Assembly (NCBI GenBank): GCA_963750165.1
Contig: CAVVPN010000003.1
Coordinates: forward strand, 3,168,001 to 3,232,000
Direction of reading: 5' to 3'
DNA: 64,000 nucleotides
From: an uncultured Gemmataceae bacterium
GTDB taxonomy: Bacteria; Planctomycetota; Planctomycetia; Gemmatales; Gemmataceae
A program made the position numbers and the translations under genes. Below, piece after piece: positions 34,601 to 46,600 of this stretch (position 1 is its first letter; each line of letters opens with the position of its first letter). Under the pieces are notes generated by a model. The model had not been told where the DNA came from. It searched no databases and saw only the letters and a list, made by a program, of their open reading frames with translations.

Positions 34601-37600
34601 ACCTGGATGGGCAATGTCGTCCTCAACCCCGGCGCCACCATCGGCGTCACCACCGGCGGCAACCTGATCCTCGACGGCATCGTCAGCGGCACCGGCGACC
34701 TGACCAAGGTCGGCCCCGGCACCCTGACCCTGCCCGCGGCCGAGACCTACAGCGGCAACACAGTGGTCAACGGCGGCACGCTCGTCCTGCAGATCGCCGG
34801 CACTGCCCTGAACTCGCCGAACTTCATTGTCAACCCCGGCGCCACGCTGACCATCGACAACAACCAGAACGGCAGCACCACGTCGGTGCTGCTGACCAAC
34901 CGCATCGCCGACACCGCGGGCGTCACCCTGAACGCGGGCACGTTCAACTTCATCGCCAACCCGGGCACGGGCGGCGTCCTCAACGGCTTCCAGGTCGGCG
35001 GCGCCCTGGCCAACACCGAGACCATCGGCACCCTGACCCTGGGCGCCGGCTCCTCGACCATCCAGACCGGCTACACCTCGGCCCCGAACGCCGCCACCTC
35101 CTCGACGCTGACCGCCGCCAGCCTGGTGCGCAACGCTGGCGCCACGGTCAACTTCCAGTCCAACGCCGGCGGCCTGAGCACCGCCCTGCTCGGCAGCACC
35201 TTCAACAAGGTGACGTTCACCAGCGCTCCCACCACGGTCGGCAACGGCGGCGGCATCCTGCCCTACGCCCTGGCGAGCAACAACTTCACCAGCGGCGAGG
35301 ACTTCGCCACCTATGACCAGGTTGCCAACAGCATTGCTGCGTTCACCAACTACGCGACCTCCCTCGCCACCGCGGGCGCCGGCGACACCGTCAAGCTGGC
35401 CGCCGTCGAAACGCTGACCGGCAACAAGACGATCAACGGCCTGCTGCTGGTCGGCGGCACGGTTGGCCTGGCGGGCAACACCCTGACGATCACCAGCGGC
35501 GGCCTGGCCGCCACCGCGACCAACGCTGCCACCACCAGCACGGTCATCGGCGGCACGGTGGCGTTCGGCAGCGCCGAGGGCGTCATCAACACCGTCAACA
35601 ACGGCGGCAACGCGGCCAGCCTGGTCTTCCAACCCCTGACCACGGGCAGCGGCGGCCTGACGGTCGGCGGCAACGGCGTCGTCACACTGCCCAACGCCAG
35701 CACCGTCACCGGCCCCTCGACCTTCGCGGGCGGCACCCTCAACCTGGGCAACGGCACGGGCCTGGGCACCGGCACGCTCAGCCTCATCAGCGGCACCCTG
35801 CAGGGCCTGGCCGCGATCACGATCAACAACCCGCTGGCCCTGAACAACAGCAACGTCACGCTCGCCGGCAACCAGAACCTGACCTTCACCGGCAGCGGCA
35901 CGCTCAGCGACACCGGTACGGCCGCGGGCACGTTCGCCAGCACCGTGAACGTTACCGACACGGCCCTGACCGTCTTCTCGGGAGCGCTCGGCGGCAGCGG
36001 CAGCCTGTTCCTCAGCGGCACGGGCAACGTGGTGCTGTCCGGGGCCAACACGTACTCCGGCGGCACGTTCGTGACCGGCAACCTCATCGTGGTGGTCGGC
36101 AGCAACAGCGCCTTCGGCACCGGCACCCTGGCTCTGACGACCGGCACACTCCTGGCCGACGCCGCCGGGCACACCCTGGCCAACAACTTCGTCCTCAACG
36201 GCTTCGGCTTCGTCTTCGGCGGCAGCAGTTACAACGGCGCGAGCAGCGGCTCCACGGCGAACAGCAACCTGACCTTCAGCGGCACGGGCGTGCTCGCCTA
36301 CGTGAACACGACGATGTCGATCTCGACGACTCTCGTGGTGTCCAACACGACCACGTTCGGCGGCACGATCAGCGGGCCGGGCGGCCTGCTGGTGACCGGG
36401 CCGGGCAACCTCGTCCTGGCGGGCACGAACACCTATGCCGGCGGCACCGCCCTCAACTCCTCCGGCATCGGCCTGGCCGCCGTCCAGTTCACCACGTCCG
36501 CCACCTCGACGGTGACGGGGATCAACTTCCCCGGGTTGACGCCGCTGTTCGCGCACCTCGACCCGGTCGTCAATTACGTGACGCAGAACGGCTTCATCCC
36601 GCCGGTCGGCTTCCTCAACCCGCCCCCGGTCCCGGGCGGCCTGCCGATCGCCGGTGACGCCCTGACGGAGAGCGGCTACCTGAACATCGTGACGCCGGGC
36701 AACTACACCTTCCAGTTCCTCGGCGACGACGGCGCCGTGGTGTATCTGGACGGCGTCCTCATCACCCACGGCGACGGTGTGAACCAGACGGCGACCAGCG
36801 TCACCCTGCCGCTGGCCGCGGGCCTGCACAGCCTGCAGATCCGCGTGAACAACAACACCGGCGGCGCGCAGGCGGTCCTGAACTACTCTGGCCCGGACAC
36901 CAACAACGTCAACGTGCAGGTCCAGCCGGGGGCGCTGTCGAACCCACTGGGCACGGCCGGCACGCTCCAGGTCACGAACGCCAGTTCCCTGGGCACCGGC
37001 CCGGTGGCGCTGTCCAACGGCGTCCTGCAGGCCACGAATGCGGTGACGATCAGCAACCCGGTGTCGATTACCGGCGGAGCGCTGCCGCTGGTGTTCGCCG
37101 GCAGCAACATCACCATCGCTAACTCGGCCACCCTGACCGGCAACGTCAACCTGTCGGTGAACAACACGACCACCTTCAACGGCGACCTCGCCAACGCATC
37201 CGGCCTGGTCCCCGCAATCCAACTGCTGGCCGCCGGACTGACCCTGACCAGCCAGCCAGTGACCGTCGGCACCACGACCTACACCGGCAACGGCAACCTG
37301 GTGTTCACCAACTCGGTCAGCTACTCCGGCCCGACCAGCGTCAGCGCCGGCACCCTGACGCTGAGCGGCAACGGCGCCCTGACGCAGACTGCCGGGGCCA
37401 ACGCCACGCAGACCGTCAGCATCATCAAGGCCGCCAGCGGCACGTTCACGCTGACCTTCAACGGCCAGACCACCGGGACCATCACTTACAGCACGACGCC
37501 GACCGTCACGGCCCAGAACATCCAGGCCGCCCTCGCCGGGCTGTCCAACGTCGGCATCGGCAACGTCACTGTCAACTTCGTGCCGGGCAGCAGCGCCAAT

Positions 37601-40600
37601 AACCAGCAGATCCTCGTCGCCTTCGTCGGTGCCCTGGCCGGGCAGGCCCTGCCGACGATGTCGATCAACATCAGCGGCATGACCGCGTCGGCGCAATTCG
37701 TCCTCGGCAGCGTCGCGACGACGACGGTCGGCGCCGCCGGCCTGACGATCAATACCGGCGGCACCGTCGTGCTGGACAACACCACGGTCAACAACACCAA
37801 CCGCCTGAACGACGCCGCCACCGTCGCCCTGGGCGGCGGCACGTTCAAGCTGCTCGGCAACGCCAACGCCCCGTCGTCCGAGACGCTCGGGGGAGTCGGA
37901 CTGGTGAGCGGCAACTCCACCATCTTCACGCAGGCCGGCACCGGCCAGTCCGTCAAGCTGACCGCGCCCACCGCCCTGCGCCTGCCCGGCGCCACGGTCA
38001 ACTTCGTGGCCGGCGGCGGCCAGGTTCTGGGCAGCGCCACCAACCAGGTGCTGCTCAGTGGCGTGGCGTCCGCATCCCTGTTGATCGGCGGCATCGTGCC
38101 GTTCGCCACCGTCACCGACGCCAGCACGGTCACCGGCAACACCACCGGCTTTAACCTGGCCACGGCCACCGACACCACCAGCGGCGCCAGCATCCAGGCC
38201 CTCACCACCTACGACACCAGCAACGTCCTCGTCACCAGTTCGCAGGCCCTGACCGGGATGGTCAACGCCGTGCTGATCGTTGGCGACGGCATCAACGTGA
38301 GCGGCGCCGCGCTGACCGTGAGCAGCGGCGTGGTGGCCAGCAGCGGCGGCAACACGACCGGCAATACGGTGTCCGTCGCCGCCCTGACGCTGGGCTCGAC
38401 CGAGGGCATTTTCACCGCCTACACCCATGCGACGACGGCCGCGCCGGCTGGCGGCAACCTGAAGTTCACCGGCACCATCACCGGCACCGGCGGCCTGACC
38501 TTCTCCGGGCCGACCTCGACCGCGTCCACCACCGCCGGCGTGGTGGCCGTGAACGGCGCCAACAGCATCATCGGCGCCGTGAACCTCAACAGCGGTACGC
38601 TCAGCCTCGGCAACAGCCTGGCCCTGGGCAGCGTCCCGGTCGCGGCCTCGGTCATCGTCCCCAACTTCAGCTTTGAAACGCCCGCCCAGGGGACCGGTTA
38701 CGTTTATAACCCGACCGGCGGCTCCTGGACCTTCCTGGGCCAGAGCGGCCTTGCCGGCAACGGCAGCGCTTTCGGCCCGCCCAACGCGCCCAACGGCGTC
38801 CAGCAAGATTTCCTCCAGAACCTGGGGAGCTTCTCGCAGAGCCTCACCTTCCCGGTCGCGGGGACATACGCCATCACCTTCTATTCCGCCGGCCGCAACG
38901 GCTACGGCTCGAACCCCTTCCAGGTGCAGATCGACGGGGTGCAGATCGGCTCGACGATCACTCCGGTGGTCAATGTCTACGGTGCGTACACCATTACCTT
39001 CACGGTCTCGTCCAGCGGGGCCCACACCCTGGGCTTCGTGGGTACGAACTCCACCAGCAGCGACTTCACGTCGTTCATCGACAACATCTCCATCGTGCAG
39101 GTGCTGGTCGGCACCCAGGAGGCCACGGTGTACCTCAACGGCGGCACGTTGCTGGCGAGCACTGCGGTGACGCTGCCCCAGCCTGTCGTCCTGAACAGCA
39201 GCAACGTCACTCTGGGCGGGAGCAATTCCCTGGTGTTCACGGGAGCGGTCACACTGGCCGGCCTCAACAACACCCTGAACGTCACCAACACTGCCCCGAC
39301 CATCATCACCGGCGTTGTGAGCGACGCCGCCGTCAGTCCCGCCCAATCGCTGACCAAGACGGGCGCCGGCACCCTGATCCTGACCGGCGCCAACACCTAC
39401 TCGGCCCAGACCAACATCCTCGCCGGCGTCGTCAACGTCCAGAGCGCCACGGCGCTCGGCGCCACGCCCGACCAGCCCCCGGTGTCCTCCTTGGCCAACG
39501 CCGCCGTCGCGAACGCGGGCGGCACCATCGTCGGCGCCGGCGCCACGCTGCAGGTGCAGGGCGGCATCACCGTCAACGAGGCGGTGGCGCTCAACGGCGG
39601 CACGCTGGAGAGCGTGACCGGGACCAACACCTTCGGCGGCTCGATCAACCTCCTGGCGTCCAGCACCATCGCGGTGGACGCGGGCCAGCTGACGGTGAGC
39701 AGCCAGGTCGCCGGCAGCGCGGACCTGACCAAGACAGGCGGCGGCACCCTGGTGCTGACGGACAACAACACCTACACCGGCCAGACCAACGTCAACGCCG
39801 GCATCTTGACGCTCGGCAGCATCGGCGGCACCGCCGGCCCCAACACGCTCGGGGCGGCGACGGGCAGCGTCGTCGTCGCCGCCGGCGCCACCCTGCAGCT
39901 CAACCCGGGCGCCGGCACCACCTACACCAGCAAGCAGTTGATCCTGAACGGTTCGGGCCTGGGCCTGACCACCTCCGGCCTGCTGCTGCCCACCGGCGCC
40001 CTGGAGAACATCACCAACGCCACCAGCGTCTGGACCGGCAACATCATCCTGAACACGCCGGACGCCACGGTCAGCGGCACGACGGGCACCCTGGTGCTGG
40101 CCGGCACCGTGAGCGGCACGGGCAGCCTGACCAAGGTGGGGACCGGCACCGTCGTCCTGGCCGCGACCGACACCTACACCGGCGCCACCACGGTGAGCGC
40201 CGGCACACTGACCCTCGGCAGCGTCGGCAGCATCCAGACCACCGCCAGCGTCACGCTGAACAATTCGTACGCGTCCGGCGCCAATCTGACCGTGGACAAC
40301 CAGAACGCCTACGCCGGGGCGGCCAGCGGCTACAACGTGCCCAACCGGCTGGGCGGCACGGTCGGCGTGACGCTGAACAACGGCGTGTTCAACCTGATCG
40401 GCAACAATACCTCAGGCTCCGGCAGCGCCGAGTCGGTGTCTACCCTGACCGTCAACAGCGGCGCCTCGTTCATCAACCAGACCAGCGGCTCGGGCCTGAA
40501 TGCCTCCGCCGTCCTGACGGTCGGCACCCTGACCCGCAACCAGGGGGCGACCCTCGGTTTCGTGCCGGGTGGCAGCGCCGGGGTCAACAACAGCTTTAAC

Positions 40601-43600
40601 AGCGCCTTCAACAAGGTGCTTATCAACACGCTCGGCACCGGGGTGGCCATGGTCAACGGCATCCTGCCGTGGGCGACGGTCGGCACCCTCGGGGCGACGA
40701 GCGGCACGCCCGGTGGCTCGGCCATCGTCGGCCAGTACGACTTCGTGACCCTGGTCCCCAGCGGCACCGCCAGCAGCGTCGCAGCCTTCACCAACTACAA
40801 GACCTCGCTGGCCGCCGCCGGCCCGACCGACACTGTCCGCCTGACGGCCAGCGAGACCCTGACGTCCAACAAGGTGGTCAACGCCATCATGGTCGCCGGC
40901 ACCACCGCCGGGATCAACGTCACGATCACGCAGAACAATTTCACCCTGGGCGTGACCGCCGGCGCCATCATGTCGATGGGCAACCAGCTGCTAACCATCA
41001 GCGGCGGCACGGTCGATTTCGGCACGTCCGAGGGCATCCTGAACCAGAACAACGCCAACATCACGGTCAACAGCACGCTGTCCGGCAGCGGCGGCCTGAC
41101 CGTGACCGCCACCACCGCGGGCAACATCACCCTGAACGCCGCCAACAACCTGACGGGCAGCACCTACCTCAACTCGACCGGCAGCACCACGCTGACCGTG
41201 GGCAACCTCAGCGCGCTCGGCAGCGGTGCCCTGACGCTGACGAGCGGCTCGTTGACCAACAGCGTCGGCAACAACTTCGTCGTGGCCAACCCGGTCAACT
41301 TCAACGACAGCGTGTTCACGTTCGGCAGCTCGGCCAACCGCTTCGTCCTCACCGGCCCGATCGCGTTGACGGGCAACAACCAGATCACCGCCGATTCCAA
41401 CGCCACCGTCGGGCAGGCGACCTTCTTCAGCGGCGTCATCAGCGGCACCGGTTCGCTCAACCAGCTCGGCGGCGCCCTGGTGATTCAGAACCCGAACAAC
41501 ACCTACTCCGGCGGGACCAACCTCGCCGCCGGCAACCTGATCGTGACGGCCAGCGACACCGTCAGCGGCGGCAACGTGACCAAGGGCCCGCTCGGCACCG
41601 GCGCCGTCAACCTCACCGGCGGCCTCTTCCAGGCCGCCGCCAGCAACGTTTCGGATTACACGGTCAACGCCATCACCCTGCACAACGCGATCATCCTGGC
41701 CAACGCGAACACCATCGTCGCGGGTGGTGCCCAAACGAACGCCGGCGGAGGTGGCAACATCACCCTGGCGGGCCCTGTGACCCTCTCCGGCAACAACACG
41801 CTGGGCGTCACGGCCGGCTTCAACTTCATCATCTCGGGCACCATCAGCGGCAGCGGTTCGCTGACCAAGACCAACAACGGCTCCTTGCTCCTCAACGGCA
41901 ATAACACCTTTACCGGCGGCCTCACGGTCGGCTTCAGCGCCGGCGTCCTCGGCAACGTCGGCAACGTGATTATCGGCAACAACAATGCCCTGGGCAGCGG
42001 CGTGCTCACGCTGGCGGGCGGCGCCTTCCAGGACGACGGCAACAGCGCGCTCACCGTGAGCAACAACGTGATCCTCGCCGCCGGCACCACCAGCACCATT
42101 AACGCGATCAACCCGAGCCTCCCGTTCACCTTCACCGGCTACGTCGGCGGCACCGGCAACCTGGTCAAGGGCTTCGCCAGTTTGACCACTTACGAAAGCA
42201 CGATGGACGATGTCCTGACGCTCAATTTCCTGAACAACTCTCTGATCACCGGCGGCACCTTCACCTTGACGCTCAACGGCGCCACCACCGGCACCATCGC
42301 GTGGAGTTCGACCCCGGCCATGCTGGTCACGAACATCCAAAACGCGCTGAACCTCCTGCCGAGCGCCATCGTCGGCCCCTATCAGCCCGTCGTCAACGGC
42401 ACCAGCCTCAGCGCCATTTCGATCACGTTCCAGACGCTCACCCCCAACGCCAACGGCGGGGCCACCCCGACCGTGTCCTTCAACGGCGCGGGCCTGACCC
42501 TGGCCGGCACTGGCGTCGCCACGATCGCCGCCTCTCCGAGTGGCGCCACCGAAGCGACCAATACCGTCACCATCACCACCACCGCTGCCCACGGCTTCCT
42601 GGTCGGCCAGTACGTCACCATCACCGGTGTTGGCGTCACCGGCTATAACGGCACCTACCTCATTACCTCGGTCCCGACCGCGACCAGTTTCACCTACATC
42701 GATCCGACCACCGGCCTGGCGGCCTCGGGCGGTGGTTCGGCGGCGGTTGTCTCTTCGATCAGCCCGACCCTGGGTTCCGGTACGCTCAACCTGCAAGGTG
42801 TGTCGCTCTACACCGGCACCACTACCGTCAATCAGGGCAAGCTGAGCCTGAGCGGCGGCGGCCAACTTGTGAACACGACCGCGGTGACGGTCAACCCCGG
42901 CGCCACGCTGACCCTGGACAACACCGGCGCCAATAACTCCAACCGCATCAACGACGCGGCCAACCTCACCCTGAACGGCGGCAACTTGACCTTGCTGGGC
43001 ACCGCCAACGCCGCCTCGTCCGAGACCCTGGCGGCTCTCATCCTGGGCGCCGGCAACTCGACCATCACGACCACGGCCGGCACCGGCACCGGTTCGGTCG
43101 CCCTGACGCTGGCGAACTTCGTCCGCAATACAGGCGGCATCGTCAACTTCGTCGCCGGCGGCGGTCAGATTCTCGGCAGCGCGACGAACCAGGTGATCGT
43201 TAACCAGATGGCGGCGACCATCTTGACCGGTGCTGCCACGGGCATCCTGGCGGGCGCGACGGTGACCGACGGCACCACCACCGTCAATGTCGATGCGGGC
43301 ACCGCCAACTCCGGCGGCTTCAACCTGGTTACGGCCGGGGCTTTGTCCACCGGCTCCACTACCAGTTTGGCCGCGCTGACGACCTACGTAAGTTTGAACC
43401 TCACCGCCGGCAACAACCCGACGGACAACGTCTTCGTCAACTTGACCGGGGCTCAGGCGCTGGGCACCGCGAACACGGTGAACGCCATCCTGTTTAACAC
43501 CGACGGCCTCAACCTCACCGGGACCTCGCTCACGTCCGCCTCGGGCATGTACGTGTTCGCCGACACCGGCAACACCGGCAACACCATCGCCGTCAGCCCG

Positions 43601-46600
43601 AGCGTGACCGGCGAAGGCATCTTCATCACGAACAATAGCCCCGGCACCACGGGCGTCACCAACATCACCGGCGTCATCCCGGCCACGGCGACGGCCCTGA
43701 CCATCGGCGGCACTGGCTCGCTCGCCCTGAGCGGGGCCAACCTCAACACCGGCACGGTCAATCTCGATTCCGGCAACCTGATCCTTGGTAATGCCACGGC
43801 CATTGGCCCTGCCGCCACGATCCTCGCCGCCTACGGCGGCACCATTTCGACCGCCGCCGCCCTCACGATCGCCAACCCGCTCCAACTGCGGACCGGGGCC
43901 GCCTACCTGACCTTTACCGGCGCCAACAACATCACCTGGTCCGGCGCCATTTCCCTTGGCGGTTCGCTCGCCGTGGATATGAACACGAGCACGACGACTT
44001 TCGCGTTCGGCGGGCAGGTCAACAGCTACTTCGGCATCACCAACGTCATCGAAGGAACGCTCACCATCACCTCCACGGGCGACGGTGCCTGGAACAACAA
44101 CCAGATCGCCAGCAACGGCGGCCAGGGCGATTTGCTCATCATCGGCAACGGCCAGGCCGGCACGCAAGCCACCGTGAACGACAATACGAACTCCCTGCCC
44201 AACAATACCAACACCACCATCAACAACACCGGCAACTATTTCGTCGGCCCCACCTCTGGCGACGCCGTGGGTGGCTTCATTCTCAACGGCGGCACCCTGT
44301 CGCAGCTCATCCTGAACCTTGAGGACGCCATCGTGGCTCTGCCCAGCGCCATCCCCTCGAGCATTTCCGGCAGTTTCTCGCTCGCCCGAACCGGTGGCGT
44401 CACCGCCAGCGTGGGCGCCGGCTACAACGTGATTAACGTGTTCCCCGGTGTTGGCGCCGCGGCAGGGGACGAATTGACCATCAGTTCCGCAATCGCATCT
44501 GGGTCTTCCGGCAACGGCTTCACGGTCACGAAGATCGGCGCGGGCACGCTCATCTACGCGGGCTCCAGCGCCAGCAGCTACACCGAACCGACCAACGTGG
44601 ACGAGGGCACCCTGGTGCTCGCCAAGACCGCGGCCGCCTTCGCCGGCCCGCTGGTCGTTGGCGATTTCAACGGCGCGGACGTGGTTCGCGTCCTGAGCAA
44701 CACCAACCAGCTCAACAGCCAGGCGGTCACGGTCAGCGGTTCCGGCACCTTGAACGCCGCGTCGGGCGGGTCGGTCTATCAACTCATCCTCAGCGGCCTC
44801 ACGTCCGGCACGTTCACCATCACCGTGAACACCATCGCCGGGTCGCAGACGACGGCGGCCCTGCCGTTCAACGCGACCCGGGCCCAGGTGCTGGCCGCCC
44901 TGCAGGCGTTGACCACGGCCATCCCGAACCCCGCGACCGACCTCCAGGTGGTTGTCAGCGGCGTCCTGGCCACCGCCACCGCGGGCGGCGTCTACGACCT
45001 CTTCTTCCAGGGCACCCTCGCCAACCAGAACGTCACCGTCAGTCTGAGCGCGGGGACCGCGACGGTCGTCTACGCCGGCGCCAGTTCCGTGGTCGGCACG
45101 ACGGGCACTCTGGACCTGCGCGGCGGCCTGGTGTCGCTCGGCAACGCCAACCTGAGCGTCGGCGGCACCATCCAGGGCACCCCCTACAACGGCACCACGA
45201 CCAGCCAGATTGTCAACGACTACAGCCACATCGCCGCCTCCCCGACCGGGGCCACCGAGTCGGGCACCACCGTGACCATCACCACCACGACGCCGCACGG
45301 CTATCAGGTTGGGCAGCTGGTCCAGATCGCCGGCGTGGGCGTGGCGGGCTACAATGGCCCGTTCACGATCACGGCCGTGCCGTCCGCGACCACCTTCACC
45401 TACACGGCGGCCTCCGGCCTGACCGCCTCGGGCGGCGGCTCCGTCCTGGCCATCAACGCGGTCATCACCGCCACCGGGGCCAGCGAAACCGGCAACACCG
45501 TCACCATCACGACCACGGCGGCCCACGGCCTGCAAACCGGGCAGGTCGTCTCCATCGCTGGCGTCGGCGTGAAGGGCTACAACGGCATCTTCACGATCAC
45601 CTCGGTCACGGCGATGGGCTTCACCTACACCGACCCCTTGAGCGGCCTGGCCGCCTCGGGTGGCGGTACGGTGGCCGTCGCCCCGGCCACCGCCACGGTC
45701 CTGACCGGCAACAACGGCCTGTTGACCCTGACCACCTCCACGGCCCTGAACACCGCCGATGCCGGTGGCACCCCGGCCCTGAACATCGGCGCCGTCATCG
45801 CCGGCGGCGGCAACGCCGTCACCAAGGGCGCCAACGGCACGGTCATCCTCAGCGCCGGCGCGCCCGACACCGGCACCGGCACCTGGACTGTCAACAGCGG
45901 CACCCTGCTCCTGAGCGACACCGGCGGCCTCGCCCTGCCGGGCAACCTGACCGTCGGCGACCTGCTCGGCGGCTCCGGCGCCACCAAGGGCGACGTGGTC
46001 CGCCTGACGCTTCCGAACCAGCTCGTCTCGACCGCCGCGGTCACGGTCAACAATTCGGGCTTGCTGGACCTGAACGGCAACAACCAGGCAGTCGGGCAGT
46101 TGACCCTCACTGGCGGCGCCGTCACGACCGGCACCGGCACGCTGACGCTGAACGGCCCGGTGTTCGGCACCTGGAACGTCGCCAACCAAACACCGGCGAC
46201 GATCAGCGGCAATGTCTCGCTGGGCGGCGGCGTCCGCCAGTTCGACGTGCAGCCGGGCAGCCTGCCCAACAGCCAGAACGACCTGATCGTCAGCGCAAAC
46301 ATCAGCGGTGTCACCAGCGGCGACGGCATCACCAAGACCAACGGCGGCAAGCTGGCGCTGACGGGCACCAACAGTTACACCGGCCCGACCACGGTGAACG
46401 GCGGCACCCTGCTCGTGGACGGCACGCAGCCGAATAGCCCAGTCGTGGTCAACTCCGGCGCCACCCTGGGCGGCACCGGCACGGTGGGCATGTTGACCGC
46501 GCTGGGCGGCACGGTCAACCCCGGCGACCCGGTGTCCAGCACGGGCACGCTCAGCGCGACGACCAGCGGCAACCTCAGCAGCGGCAGCCTGACCGTTGAG

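Noticed and set aside
31520..45680. Prophage or tailocin, suggested by phage-like modules
   Set aside because: The modules are embedded in one cellular exoprotein; there are no capsid, terminase, integrase or lysis genes
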